Assembly (NCBI GenBank): GCA_026023565.1
Contig: JAPETS010000001.1
Span: 868,001 to 932,000, forward strand
Length of the DNA: 64,000 nucleotides
Origin: Cirrosporium novae-zelandiae
Taxonomy: Eukaryota
Direction: 5' to 3'
The notes beneath the pieces are model-generated. The model had not been told where the DNA came from. It searched no databases and worked only from the letters and a program-made list of their open reading frames with translations. The number at the start of each line of letters is the position of its first letter. The first letter of the stretch is position 1. Positions 11,649 to 25,568 of this stretch are shown here, in pieces. A program made the position numbers and the translations under genes.

Positions 11649-12617
11649 TCATGCCAAAGCCACGAGAAATCCAGTGGCAAGACCTCCTAGGAGTAGAAAC
11701 CACCTAAACTCTATCGTACGCGTCATTCCGTTATGTTGACTAGACTCTGCAGTGGCTGCGGCGAGGGCAGACTCTGAGGATGTAGAGGTAGAAGTTGTAC
11801 TCGTAGTCGAGCTGGAAGATGAAGAAATTGAATCGCAATAGATATCACTAACAGTATAAGTCGTGCCAAGAAAGGTATCGGTATAGGTTGTGCCAGGGAG
11901 ATGACAATCATAACCAGTCACTGGAGGGGTGGGATAGGAATAAGAATAAGAATAGGAGTAGGAAGGAATTGATAAGCTCGGTAAACTATTTTATTCAGAC
12001 CATGAGTTAGACATGAGTATAATGGTGTAACTGTCAGCATACCTATACTCAGTATAGCTATATTCAGTGATATATGAAGTATCATATGTATCCGTCCAAG
12101 ACCCCCCGACATATCCATCACATCCACTTTCGGGACAGCAGGCTATATAACCATCATAGCTGAAGCAATACAGGCCTGCATCGCAGTAACCTAATCAAGC
12201 GTCAATATTTGAACAATTCAATGGCTGTGATTGAGTCCTTGTCGTACCCCCATCACTGCAACATTGAGTATCCTGTGGTATACAGGATATGTCCCCGCAG
12301 CAGGATTCCGAGTCCCAGCAGTATCCAATACCACAGCAATAGCCACCAGAAGGTGCACAGCCTCCGTTAGAGCAGCAGAGACCGTCTAATGGACAGCAGT
12401 AATATTCTCCTAAGATAATTTCAGCATAGATAGAAGAAAATATGAAAGAAAAATAACAAACCAGGACATTGACCATAATCTGAGTCATCGCAGGTAAGAT
12501 CTCGCGCCTCCAAGACAAGATCACGATCTGCTGATACTGGACAGCAACTAGGTCAATGGTAAAATACAGAAAGACGAACGCAATCTGCATTGTTGAGAGA
12601 AGGTTGAATGTAGACAT
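11649..12617 (-). CDS. Secreted Cys-rich, Ser/Thr-rich, probably GPI-anchored cell-wall protein; likely frameshift in exon 1
   Basis: Hydrophobic N-terminus, repeated CC motifs (YCCPLDGLCCSNGGC...YCCGIGYC...SCCGDISC...QCCSDG), a Ser/Thr stalk and a hydrophobic C-tail (FRWFLLLGGLATGFLVALA). Three inferred introns. Confidence 0.7.
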
Positions 12618-13733
12618 GTTTACCAAAGGGGGAAATAGAAATAGAACAAACTCAGTAATGAAAAACTTCGAGTAAACGGGGAACGAAAGGCTGTGCTTTT
12701 TCTATATATATATAATACAAAGACAGGCCCTTGACATCTAACATCACCCCATCATGTGCCCATCAACCCAATTTCTCGAGGAACATAAAGGACCGAAGGA
12801 GGTAGGCATGCCTTCAAAAACGTTTCACGAGGTGGCTTTTCTATTTCGCGACCAAAATACGAGTTAGTCCACTGAGGATGTGAGGTTTTCAAGCCATCGG
12901 TGGTATGCAGGGTCTAGAGAGGACGGAGAGTTTTCTATCTCAGAGTCGCCAAGGAGACTAATTACTTGGCTTCCAGGGCAGGCGGGTTGTGATTGGGATG
13001 CTGGGGAAGAGTTGGGTTACCAGAAAAGAGAAAAGAGAAATGAGGGGTGAATCCTGGAGATGAAAATAATTCACGATGTAGCTCTAGGTATTGATAACCA
13101 TAGGGGATTGTTTGCCAAATTTAAGGAAGCGTCTTGTGGAGATTGACACGATTAAGCATGAAAAGTATTATATGCTGTAGATCCTCTAACTAGATACTTT
13201 CAATTGGCAAACATTTAGTATCAGCAAGTATATTTGCTTCTGGGGGTAGCCATGTCTTGAAATCATGCTCGAGAAAGGTGTTCTGCTTTGCAGCTGCCAT
13301 ATTGGGTAAACAGAGCCTTTCTTGTGCCACGTTTAATTACTGGACGTTGGTAAATATATATATTTTTTCACCAAAGTTGACTGAAGAAAATCATTGTGAG
13401 GTTCTGGGTAGAAAGAAAAGGTTTAGAATAAGATTAACGTTGTCCGCACCGTTGTTTGTGGCTAAGTACCTGTTTTTTGAGCTTAGCTTAGTCATGAAAA
13501 CAAGCATCGCTATGTAGGCCATTTTCATCAGATATCTTCTTAGAGCACTGGTCAACATCTTCAGTATTCCCCTCAGCCTTTAACAGTCACCAAACAATCG
13601 CTAGTCTAGGAAGAACACTCTCTGTGATATTATATCATAATTACTGCTGAGAGAATCTCTAGCTCAAGCTCACCTCCATCATCAGCATTATCAACATCAA
13701 CATCTCCAAATACCAAAGTCTATAACCACAACC

Positions 13734-14317
13734 ATGCCACCAATCCGCACCCGACATCGCAATGGCACGATGAAAGCGCCACCCGAAGGTTTCTCGGACC
13801 TCGAAGACACTCTACTCGCCTTTGCAAACAAGATGAAAGACGCCGAAAACGCATCCCACGAAGGCAAGAAGAGGCACGAAACCGTGTGGCCTATTTTCCA
13901 AATAAGCCATCAACGTATGTTTAATTCTCCCTCATAACCATACCCAGCCCCTCTTTAAATATAAGGACACCAACCGCCCAACCAACCACTTACTGACCCA
14001 CTCACGCCTCCACAGGCTCCCGCTGGATTTATAAGCTCTACTACGAAGATGGTACAATCTCCAAACAACTTTACGACTACCTCCTCAAAAATTCTTACGC
14101 CGACGCAGCCCTAATCGCGAAGTGGAAGAAACAAGGCTATGAGAAGCTCTGCTGCCTGCGCTGCATTCAGACCAAGGAAACTAATTTTAAGAGCACGTGT
14201 ATCTGCCGCGTGCCGAAGGTTCAGCTGGAGGGGAAGCAGGATGGTGGTGATGCGGATACATGGAAGGCAATTGAGTGCGTGAATTGTGGGTGTAGGGGTT
14301 GTGCTAGTTCGGATTGA
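13734..14317 (+). CDS. BUD31: Pre-mRNA splicing factor Bud31/Cwf14 (G10 family), 2 exons
   Basis: [36 protein letters not shown] and [14 protein letters not shown]. Confidence 0.96.
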
Positions 14318-15648
14318 TTGATTGGGCTTATTCTATGGGAGATAAACTCTTGTTTTGCTTTCTCCCTCCTTAGAAGAAACGAGGGTTTGGGGATACCTCT
14401 CAGGCGTTCTTGGGACGGAGCATATGAAATGAATAGGCATCGGGCGGGTTCTCATAACCAGGGGATAATAATATGGACATTGAAGTTTTTTTCTTCTTCG
14501 CTTGCTTTTTAATCATGTGTTTATGGCGGCGATATGTTTCAAGGAGAATTGAAAAAGAGAGAAAGAAAAAGGAAATGGAAGGTTGGGTGGGCTTTACAAA
14601 AAAGAATCGCAGATATAGCAACTACAGCTACTACAAACTATACAATACTAATGGAATCCAATACCACGAACAGAAAGAGAAAAAAAGATAAACCTCTCCT
14701 TATCACCTCCGTCATCTCTATCTCTATCGTCTTTCTCTCTCTCTCTCTTCCTCTCGGAAATCTAACCAGATGCCCTTAATATCAATTTCCTCCCCTATAT
14801 ATACGCTTAGAATCTGAATCAAGTTCAACTTCCCTAGCAAAAACTAGCTACACTACCTAAAAATATATTCCAATCCAACCCAGTTCAAAAAAAGAAAAGA
14901 AAAGAAAAAGAAACACCCTATTAGTCACACGTATAACTTCAGCAGATCCAGACATTCCAACATCTTCCAAATACCCCCCCCCCCCCAAAAAGCAACTAAC
15001 TCTCTCTCTTCCAGAAAACCCCAAGAAGAAAAAAGAAAGACAAAAAAGAACACTCACCGCCTAAACCCTTCCTTCCCCCCCAAAATAAAAAAAACCAATA
15101 AATCCCCTCCACAAAATAATAATCTAATCTAGATAATCTTAAGATCAAAGTAAGACAGGACTGCCACGACATCAGTAACAACAAAAGTTTCTAAAACGCC
15201 GGAGGCTGTTTATTTGATTTTCGATTGGGGTTTAGTTTAGTTTAGGTTAAGGTAAGGTAAAGATCAGGTAAGATGAGCCCATTTTTGATGATGGTGGGGG
15301 GGGGGCGCCCGTAGAGATAAGGAAAGATCCATTTCCCTGTTTCGAGAAGCCCACTCTTTGCCTTACCTATGAGGGAGCTATGGAACTATCTCTCTCTCAC
15401 TCTGATTTTCTCGATTTCTCGCTCCTCCCCGTTCCGCTCGGGAAACCCATTTGGAAAAAGTCGGTGTGAACTGGACCGTCTTCACACGATCATGTAGTAT
15501 TTACTTTCCCGGAAGGACGCGCGTGCGCACGTTCCACTTTTAGTACCTATGCGTATATTCTTCTCTTTCTACTTATGTTTATTTCATCGAAACCGATACG
15601 TGATCGTGATAGTCATACAGATAGATTCTTTTATTCTCATGGTAGGTC

Positions 15649-15664
15649 ATGACTCATGACTCAT
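15649..15664. promoter_or_regulatory. Two abutting Gcn4/CpcA(AP-1)-type sites (ATGACTCATGACTCAT)
   Basis: Two tandem TGACTCA heptamers at 15650-15656 and 15657-15663, each in ATGACTCAT context. Function inferred only. Confidence 0.45.
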
Positions 15665-16463
15665 GCGTATGCATTTCGCATTTTGGCTTTAATCTATCGA
15701 ATTCGAATTGCATTATATTGTAATTTCTGTTGTTTTCAATCAAGAGTGTCATTTTCATTACATCTTGAACCTGTCGTCTCATAGCCCCATGATCGAATCA
15801 AACGTAGAATAGCAAGCAAACAATGTAAACATTTTTGTCATATCTGCAATTGGTGTTGCGGGGTTCCGCCGATGAGCAGAACACAAGAAGACACACTGGC
15901 AGGACGGACAATAAAAGTTATACAGTAGAACTAGAACTTTTTACGCCCCCACGCCCTCGAAATAATTAAAGAAAAGCCCCTGTGATCCGATTTCATAAAA
16001 CAGTTGTTTAACCTAAGCCGAAGTGATTATCACTATCCTCCGTGATACATCTAATGCAAGATGAGAACAATGAAATGAATGATATCGGCTTCCAATGGCT
16101 AAAGGTCCACACGTTCCGAAAATCCCAAATGCAGGGCAACAAACGAGTTTCCAGGGTATCGTGTCGAAAATTCCACCAATAGCAATAACAAAAGACTCAT
16201 ATGAAAAAATTGGTACAAGAACTAAAATCCGCTTTGCTATTAAAAAAAGCACAAAACACTTGCTATTTCGTATCATGAAAAAGATGGATGCCTGAGATCC
16301 GGGGTTGTAAAACCAGGCTCTCAACGCTTGCGCCGCCACCTCCGTTCCTATGGCTATGCATAAAGCCCATACGCCAGCGTCGTTATTAGCAACATGGTTT
16401 TTTTTTCATTCATTCATCACGTCATGAACATTGCCATCGTTAAGGGGTGGTCGGTTCTGCTAT

Positions 16464-18617
16464 TCAAAAGCGGTTGGAGCACTTACTCATACTCATGGCT
16501 GGCCGTTTGCTAGATTTCTTGGAGGGAGAGGCGTTTCGTATTGTTTTGCTAGCGTCCCCAATCTTCTGGAAGCCTTTCAGAAGATCAACACCTTCAGGTT
16601 CATCATCGTCCACTTCAAAGTCGATTCCAAATACATCATCTTGGGGTAAGTTCAAGAATTCAGAGATCTTACTTGGAGATGCATTATGCTCTGGGGACCT
16701 AGGGAAAAGTGGCTTGCTCATAGACAGCACTGCCTTTGAGTTCTTGGTACCAGTAACGTCGGCAAGGATGCTTCCCGTACTAATGGCGCGATCGAGTATG
16801 GGCCGTCTTATAGATTTCTTTTCAGGAGAACGAGTGGGACTGTGAAGGTCGCGGGAAAGTTCCACAAATATGCTATCGTCGTAGCTGTCGTCCGCAATGT
16901 TGAATGCTGGGCTATAGATGACCTCGTTGTTTGGCATTACAAAGCCTTTCACTGGAGAGCCCACAAGTTCCCTGATGCGCTTGCGGTGGTTCTCGAGGTT
17001 AGTGTTTGGCGAGACGGATGGAGGTGGCTTGGACAAGGGTTTGAGGCTTCCAGCAGGGGTGACAGGTGGCATCAAGAAGGAGCTATCATACGAACGAAGC
17101 GGTGAAGAGGGGTCAAGACGAAGTGTTGGCTGGCGTAAGAATCGCGAGGTGCTTGGGCTAGTATCATGTGAAGAGCTTCGGATGCGAGCAATCTCTTCCT
17201 CAGCGCGGCCTCGTTTCATGCGTGGAAGATCCATGTCAGTCTCAGATTGCATGAGATATGTATTGCTCTGGCGTTTAATCGCAGAGGACTCGATGGATGA
17301 GAAGTAGCCACTGTCGTCCATACCGTTAAGTACATGTTTTTTAGTACGCCTCCGAGAGGAACTGTGGAATTGAAGAACTTGGGGTGAGCTTTCTGCCCTC
17401 GTGTGTTTAGCTCTGATAATAGGTGGAGATGAACCAAGTCCAGGAGGTGGTGAAGAATGCAGAGTACGTGAAGGAGGTGGCATGTTGGATTCATCTTCGG
17501 AGTCCTCCTCTTGAAGTGCAGGATCAGACATGGGAATAGTCGCGTCGGAAGAAGGTTCTTCAACAGTGGGTCTCTGCTTGCTGGCAAGAGAACTCCTTCT
17601 AGAAGGTGGGGGTAAGCCGGTCACATTCGCCTCACTTGACAGCCACTCCTGATCCTTTCTAACCTCAGACATAGAGGCCATGAAAGTAGCCGTAGCAAGA
17701 CGGCGAACAGGCTTGTCCTTGAGGAACTGCCCCTCTAGCCCAGGCTCTATAGCCCAATAGTTTCCTTTGCCCGGGTCATCTTTTGGTCTCTCTTGCTTGA
17801 TGAAAGCTTTATTCAAACTCAGGTTATGGCGTATACTATTTTGCCAACCTGCCTCAGAATTTCTGTAGTACTTGAAAGTATCTGAGATCCATTTGTAGAT
17901 CTGAGCTAATGTCAAGCGGCGATTGGGTGCTCGGAGAATTGCCATGCCAATGAGGGTCGCGTAACTATAGGGAGGCTTGCCGCCCTCATCTTCGACAGGT
18001 GGCATTTCTTCTGGTTCAGGTACTGTGAGGTTGCTTGGATCTTCAGCCTTGACTTTCTTGCCTGGACGGTCTTCGAATAAAGAAGAATCGGTGATACCCC
18101 GCTTCAGGCCACTTTTGTGTTTGGGATTCGGATTCGAATTCGGGAATGGAGCAATAGTGTCACTAAACGAAGACGAAGATGGATGAACATTCTCCTTGTC
18201 TTGTGTGGGACGGGGAGGCATGGAGTGGAACGTAGTGAAGAGGGCTTTCTGGGGCATGGGAGCGAATGAAGGTTGGAAGTGAGCAGTCAGAGAGCCACGC
18301 TTCTTGATGGGAGAATCAGATACGAAGTTTGGTTGATTTGGAGGAGAAAATTTTACGTTCTCGAAGCCGTGAGGTGAGGTAAGGTTGGGAGGTGAGCTAG
18401 AATGATCGGTACATTTGCGGGGAGAATGTTCTCTTGGACCATTTTGCGGAGGGCCGAGGACGACATTTCTTCTGCTTGATGCTTCCCCTAATGGACGAAG
18501 GTGTTTAGGAGGTCGTGGTAGTTCACAAACGGAGTCATTGTTGAAGCTATTCGCATCAGATGAAGGGATGGGATCTTGAAAAATTTGAACGGAAGGATAT
18601 CGACGCGTCGACGCCAT
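16464..18617 (-). CDS. HCM1: Forkhead transcription factor, Hcm1/Sep1-like
   Basis: Forkhead domain [31 protein letters not shown]...[32 protein letters not shown]. No FHA domain seen. Many S/T-P sites; single exon. Confidence 0.85.
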   Translation of the reverse strand: MASTRRYPSVQIFQDPIPSSDANSFNNDSVCELPRPPKHLRPLGEASSRRNVVLGPPQNGPREHSPRKCTDHSSSPPNLTSPHGFENVKFSPPNQPNFVSDSPIKKRGSLTAHFQPSFAPMPQKALFTTFHSMPPRPTQDKENVHPSSSSFSDTIAPFPNSNPNPKHKSGLKRGITDSSLFEDRPGKKVKAEDPSNLTVPEPEEMPPVEDEGGKPPYSYATLIGMAILRAPNRRLTLAQIYKWISDTFKYYRNSEAGWQNSIRHNLSLNKAFIKQERPKDDPGKGNYWAIEPGLEGQFLKDKPVRRLATATFMASMSEVRKDQEWLSSEANVTGLPPPSRRSSLASKQRPTVEEPSSDATIPMSDPALQEEDSEDESNMPPPSRTLHSSPPPGLGSSPPIIRAKHTRAESSPQVLQFHSSSRRRTKKHVLNGMDDSGYFSSIESSAIKRQSNTYLMQSETDMDLPRMKRGRAEEEIARIRSSSHDTSPSTSRFLRQPTLRLDPSSPLRSYDSSFLMPPVTPAGSLKPLSKPPPSVSPNTNLENHRKRIRELVGSPVKGFVMPNNEVIYSPAFNIADDSYDDSIFVELSRDLHSPTRSPEKKSIRRPILDRAISTGSILADVTGTKNSKAVLSMSKPLFPRSPEHNASPSKISEFLNLPQDDVFGIDFEVDDDEPEGVDLLKGFQKIGDASKTIRNASPSKKSSKRPAMSMSKCSNRF

Positions 18618-21600
18618 GGCTACAGAGATGAAGAGCGATAGCAAATAGCACTGGAAGAGTATTTAAGATGAAATGCGCGTATTGCGATAATAGTTCCTGG
18701 ATGTCTAATTGCGAAATAGCGGTGGTGATGCCCGCAATGGAGCGGTGGGTGGAACGGGAACCTATATTCAGGAGGGGGCCTTGGAGCGAACTAGTTAGAC
18801 TTTAATGGTCCTGCATAAGCGAACTGGAAAGGGCGAACAACATTGACATTGGATGATGTAGATGATGAAATTGGAGGAAGTGGGAGTAAGAAGATTGTTA
18901 AAGGCTATGAATTACACTCAATTGGAGTTGAACGAGGTGATTTCGAGCAAAGAAGTAGGGGAGTTGGCAGTTAAACTTACTCGTAGTAGATCGAGACCCC
19001 GGTTCAATGGTTCAATGGTTCAGCCTTTCCTAAGGAAATGGGCAGTTAATGCAAGGGTATGCACTGTGAACTAATAACCGATCCGATCACGAGTAAGTGG
19101 AGACTGGCGAGATGAGATGATCTCACTTTTCTGCTAAAGCCACACCAACTGTACTAATGTTGTGAAATTATCAATGCCTTTGAAATTCTTTTCTAATTTT
19201 GAAAAGGGAAAAAGGGAAGAAAAAAAAAGGGAAAAAAGGAAAAAGGAGGACGTTAGAAAGTGAACCAAAGCTTTAGCAGGAAAATAAGAGGGAGAGGGGA
19301 AAAAAGAGGAACGAGGGAGGGAATGAGAGATAGATAATCGGTAAGACGGCAGCTCTTCTTTGGCTTGTGACTGGTAGAGGGAGGGGCAGAGAGCTGCAGT
19401 ATTCCTTCTTTTCTATAGTTGTTTGGAATAATTACCAGGTTAAGGGACCATAGATATTAGAAGTTCTTTGACATGTTGAACAACAATTGGTGGTGGTAGA
19501 TGGCGCTATTTAGAGGACAGGGTTCTACTGTGTGTCAGTGAACAGCGGCAAAGGTGAGTACTGTATACCCTATCATCAACCAATGAAATAGCCTCTGTCT
19601 ACTTGGTAGGATATGTCCTTGATATAATCCTTGATGAATTTTTCCGTTTAAGGATATTCCTCATGCAAGTGTCATTAATGAATGAGCCAATCAAAGTTGT
19701 ATTTCTAGGATCATCATCTCAAGAAAACAAGTTACCCACAAATGATTTGCAAAATAATTGGCGCTGACAACTTGACGGAATTCGCTAGTTCTTACACCAA
19801 AGCCTTGGACTTGAGAGAAACCTTGGAATCCCTCACAGGCACGACAGGCTGCCCCTTGCTTTTCGTACCTGGCCCTGTTGACTCCTCCCCCGATGCACAC
19901 TAAATCCCTCCTCCACCTCTTGGCGCATCTTCTCCCCCCTCCCCCGAGCGCATTCTATTTCTTTCACCTCAAAATCAGTCAAATCATCTCTTATTCGCTC
20001 TCTGTTATCAATCATCAAACATTTCTCCGACGCCTATTTTTCTTACACCTTAATGCAACCCCCCGCGTCGACAAACTCCCGCAAACTCAACTGTCTCGGC
20101 TTCTGCTGTGCTATGGTAGAATCAAAAAATAAAAATAACAAATTATAATCCGTAATTACAAAAGTTCAAAAGTGCATGATGATTAAACATCTTGGAGGCG
20201 CAGATGTTGCTCTGCGTCCCATGCTCTTTTCCACGTTAATGATGATACTGTGACCCAACAATTAAACGTGCTAACCCTACCAAATAAAAAATTATAATTT
20301 TTTTTTCTCCTTCCAGAAGACAGACAGACCGTCAACCGATTTTTACTTTTTCTAAATTTGACCCTGGATCCCTCCCATGACAGCGTCATTTTAGACTCCT
20401 TCCATATTCCAGGAAAATAATATCCACTACCTCCATCGACAGTGGATATTCCTTATCCTCAACCTCCGCCACAGATCGTACAAGATCGCATACATCACCG
20501 ATCTTATCTTCTAATTAACCGATTAATTGTTTGTACAGTACCAAAGTGGCAAGACCTCCTACTATCGCCGTCAAGGCAATCCTGACTTCCCGAGACAAGT
20601 TCAAAATGCAAATGTTAGTTACTTCGTACATCCGTCTAAGCACAGGACATTTACCCGAGAGTACGTACTCATCCAACTCAAAGGTCCCAAATTCAATACA
20701 CGCCATGTCGTTCCTTTCCAGGATATCTCCATACGCTCTCCAAGCTTCAGGCTCCAAGGCCTTAGGTCTCGCAAATCGAAGCCCAACCCATAAACTTGGT
20801 AACATCTAATCTCATGCCCTAACTTGCGATTGTCTCCTATCCTTATCTACCCAGGTGGTTTTTCTTGCATCAGAAGTATTTCTGTGTAGCCGTCAATGCC
20901 GCTATCACATTTGTCGATATAATTATTTTATCTTTTATCATTTCTATCGTCATGAAAGATCCATAATATGTTCATATTTATCTCAGTCCATCCATGTCCT
21001 TACCTCGGTGCCCTTCTAAAAAAAACCCTCAATCTTCTACCTAGCACCCACCACCGTTCGCCCCTCCCTTGCCCCCTTTCTCCCGCCACTCATAGTACAC
21101 AATACAACGAACATATCTTGTTCCTGAATCTAGAACCTCTAGTCTACTGTGGTAGAGATGTAACTAAAATAAGAGAATGTTGTGTACAAAGTACTTTGAC
21201 ACTAATAATCATGAATGGGGTTCTGCCACATACTTCTGTCCGTGACGAATGCTGTATTCAATAAGTCCATTTCATATCCTTTAAAAAGTTCAACTAGTGT
21301 AGATTATTTGGTAGCCGTCGTAGGACTGTTTCTCTATGTCCATAGCTTCTAAGAGTATGCTCGCTCGATAGTGAATAGCTGTTAACTGAATAAAAAAAGC
21401 TAAAACGAAAAACTCCGTAAAGCAGCAATAACAACAACCATGCAGGGGTATAAGGTACGCACGTCGACCGTCCTGCTATCCTATGTATACACCGCCAAGG
21501 TAAACGTTGAATGTGTAATGTATACGCATGCGCCGAAGAAATTCCCGGGAGCCCACGCCCTCACAATGCTTTGCCCCTTGCGTCCTCCCTTGATCCCGTA

Positions 21601-21660
21601 TAGCCACCAAACCCCACCGGATCCCAAGACCCCGCATGACGCTAAGCATTCCTCATTCTT

Positions 21661-24600
21661 TCATTCCCCAGTTTTTATGTTCATGAAATCCAATTCTCTT
21701 TCCAATGTTGGTGTTGTATCGATTTTGACCCTATTAAGGACTTGTCCAATACTAGTCGCTGTGACAGGTCTTGACTCATTTAACTCATCAATCCATTCTG
21801 GTGGCTCACCAGAAACGCCATTAACAATCCGAAAATTTCTTACAAGATACCGCCGAAGTCGTTCAGTTTGAGCATCCCACTTCTCGTTCAGAGAATTCAG
21901 GGCAGCCTGAACGTCTTGTACTGTGTAACCCGACACTGAAGAGGTTGCAATATTCGTTTTAGAACCAAGGGCAGCACTAAAGCTTCGTCGAACAGCTTTT
22001 GCGGTTGACAGAGTTGACAAAGGCGTTGCCCGTTGTGGTCCTACATCTGCAGCTTGAATCTCCCGTTCTACCTTCTGTATCGACTCATTTCGATCATGCT
22101 CCATAACTGGTAGGAATAAAACGGTCCTATTTCTCTTCAGACCGTTGACAAGTACTGTAAAGCTTTGAAGGTTGATCTCATTATGGTCACAATAAATCTC
22201 CTCAAGGCCACAGTTCTCCTCTAATACCGAAGCCAAAGTGTTGGCTCCTTGCAAACCAAGCTTCTGGTACTCAATTCTGAGCACTTTAAGGGACGTGTTC
22301 ATTCTCAGCCCGGTCAGGGCATGATTTAGACCTATACCAAATCTTGCAATATCTAGATGTGCATGTTCTCCGCTGATATTAAGCTCCTGGAGAGTGTTAT
22401 TCTCCGCAAACATTTGTCGAAGCACGTCACACGTCTCGTCGCTAGCATCATATGGCAAAGATGCTTTGGAAATATCTAGATATCGGAGCGTGGTATTCCT
22501 TCGAAGCGCATCTGCGAGAATTCGAAAATGCTCCTCCTTTTTATAATCGATCATCTTCATGGTGAGGCGGGTCGGAGTGGCGTCTTGCGCAATAGCATCG
22601 AATATTTCCGAATAGTTTTCACCGAGACGATTTTGACTAACATGAAGGTGCAAGTCTCGTAGATGGCCCGGCGTACGGCACATGCAATGCATGAAAGTTG
22701 CAACGTCCTTTCCTGTCAAGCTACACTGATCAAATTTCATCAGTCGTAAAGTAGCTGACTGCGGGCTGGATAAATAAACCGAAATAGAATCAACAGTCTG
22801 TTCATTCAGTGCAGTTCCACTGAAATCCATTTCCTCCAGACGCCAAGCTAGAAGAGTCTCCGGCGATATTAAAGAACCTGAACCAGATGTACGTTGCGTT
22901 CTCGAAAGGTTGATTCTCCGGATATGACCAAAATGCCCAATTCGGTCCTGGAAAGTCTCAGGATTTAGTCGCACTTGATTTGCAGAGATATCAATCGCTT
23001 CCAACGTGTTTTCTTGGTGATACATAGCAGTCAAAATAAGATCGAGCTCATGATCTCGTAGACCACAGTTGCTGACTTCTAACGCACGTAAATGGCATGC
23101 CTTTTGCGCTGCAGCATCCACAAGGTAATCTAGATCAGTGTCACCAAGCTTAATCCCATTGAGAATAACCCAGTCTACATTTGTGAGGTGCCGACAACAA
23201 AGTGGGAATAGAGCCTCTGGGATCCCACACCCTGGATCTCGACGGCTATCATCCTGTAGTGGGATCCTTGATATTGAGTTTGAGAAGTCAAGGCGTCGAA
23301 GTTTCTTGCTTTTGAGGGCAAGTGCTCGAAGTTCTTGGAGCAGTATGGTTGGTGTTCGTAGGTCTTCCACAATATTGGTAAGGCTACCTGAACGCGTTGT
23401 AAGGTAGCCTATATCAATCCCAAAAGAGTCACGAAGATTGCAAATAGGGTCGAGACTAATGTCGGCAAATGAGATCGACCCAAAATACTCATTGTATCTC
23501 AAAGACCGAATTATTGCTATCAGCTCCAGATTGGTATAGCCTCTACGACGTCCAGGATAGAGAAGCCGAAAGCATGGGGCGTCTTCACATTCGTAGTCAA
23601 CTTCATATCGTATATTTGAGGTGTCGATACCATATCCTGCACAGTATGCGGAAAGGGTTCGATCAAAGCAATTGAGGTCTTGTTCGCTAGAGTACACCCG
23701 CTCTAACTCGTCTGCCCACTCCTCCGGGGCATCTACCGAGTATGGTTGCTCTAACCACTCAGGCCTCAGGAATTCAGATGCATGACGAAGACATTGAATA
23801 ATCTCCCTTGCTGCAGAAGACGCTAGATATATTGCCATTTCTTGTCGTAGGGGAACCCTAATTCACTCATTAGTCAAAGTGCAATTCAGGTAGAAATCTA
23901 GACTCAGATGAAAATTGAAAAACAAAAATAGGAACAAAGATCAAGCAATGATTAATCAGCAAGATAGATTATGATAACGAGGCTTCGAAAACCCAATGGG
24001 GAGAAGGTTACTGACCTGAACACAAGTTGGAAGGCATCATCTTCAGCCAAGCCATAAATTTGAATGAGAGTGGTGATTCCAAAGGATGAGGCCTTCTCGA
24101 GTTCGTTCAAAGAACTACTTGATGCGCGGTTCGAAGACCTAGGAAGTGGAACCAAGTGAACTTTATTAAGCCCAACGACAAGGTAGCAAATGGTAGAGCA
24201 TAGCTTTGCCAGGTCCTCTGAAGACGACCTACTTGCAGACTTATTATTTGATCTTTGGACTACACTGAACATCTGGAAATGATGAGGGTCGTAATCTCGT
24301 TCTCGCTCTAATGCTATAGCAGCATGATTGACCGATCTCTGGGAAAAAGCTGGCGGAAATTGCATGTGCATTGCTTGCGAAGCTGTCCGTATAGTAGTAA
24401 GCCATTTCTCACACTCCCGAAATTCAGTTATCTGGAGGATCATGGAGGACGCATTCCCGGATATCTCGTCCAAATAAGCAATTTCTATGGAGAAGTATGG
24501 TTTACCGTCATCCAATCTATAGACAGCAATAATGCTCTCCAACGAAATGACAGAATAACCCTCAACTGGCTGTAGAAGAACTTGCATGTCTGGAAGAGAG

Positions 24601-25175
24601 CCATAAGATGAGCCAGGTGTATGGCGTGGTAAGGTAGAATTCCTCCCTGATGAGATAGAGGAAAATACTTCGGAAGCCTTGTGCCTACTTTTGAATCTTA
24701 TCAAGTTTGACTCCGTTAAAACAAGATATTGTGTTTTCTTCCTGAACATGCCTCCGGTTGTCTGCACTTCTCCATGCTGGAGTACTTGCTTCCCTCCCAG
24801 TTCTGTGCCATTGCCAAATTCCGTAGTAGCATCTTCTATCGATGACGCCTTGGATCCGGCCATTGCTAGCCTTTCTTCATCCTCCATCGATTTTAGAGAC
24901 CTTAAGGAACCGAAGAAACTAGAAGGTCTCTTCTCGGCCTTTGTGAGGACCCTTGGGCGACTCTTGGGGCTTTCGGACGTTTCATCGTTGTCGAGATTCG
25001 GGCTAGGGGGATTAGAGGACAGCGATGAGGAAGAAAAGAATGAATGGCGTTTGAGCTTCTTGGGATCCCCGCCCCCCCCTTTGTTGTGGACTGGTGTCAA
25101 GGGTCGCAAAGAGTCGCGAAACGCACCGAGACTCTTGCGGCGATGCTTTTCCGCCGTCGAGGATTGGGTGAGCAT
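21661..25175 (-). CDS. PH-domain plus RNI-like leucine-rich repeat protein (CARMIL/LRRC16-like architecture), 2 exons
   Basis: ORF 23952-25175 has a PH-like segment (LQHGEVQTTGGMFRKKTQYLVLTESNLIRFKS...EKWLTTIR). ORF 21661-23838 has LRRs (NTTLRYLDIS, NNTLQELNISG, NTSLKVLRIE). Intron at about 23861-24015. Confidence 0.8.
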
Positions 25176-25568
25176 ACCGAAGACTAAGTAATTGTCCTAG
25201 AGTGAGGTCATGGATCAAGTCAATGGCATTCGTGCAATCAGTATGGGCGATAAAGCTTCAAGGGACTGAAATTGTGAAGTAGCGAGCGGGTTATTGTAAG
25301 GTCTTTCTGTCTTCGAAATCTGAATCCAGATAACAAACATGATGGTGTATTGGCAGCTGCGTGACAACTTTCTGCGAGGGTACTGAGCCCACCTGCTCTA
25401 ATTATTGAAGAATTGAGAGCATGAAAAGGTAGGAGGGTTCAGTCGTGCGGCCAGCTGAAAAGGCAAAGGCAAAGAGCGGGCACACAGCAATTGCAAAGCG
25501 AGGCAATCGCGTAAAACGACTACCGGCTCATCTTTGAATCAATCGTAATTATGTACAAGGAGAGTGAT

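Noticed and set aside
15450..15605. Resemblance to RNase P CR-I/CR-V (GGAAAAAGTCGGTG...ACCGAT) or U3 box A
   Set aside because: Matches are partial, spacing is too short and other conserved boxes are missing. A covariance-model search would be needed.
20270..20282. CTAACCCTA as a possible telomerase RNA template
   Set aside because: A 9-mer is expected by chance, and no other telomerase RNA element could be recognised.
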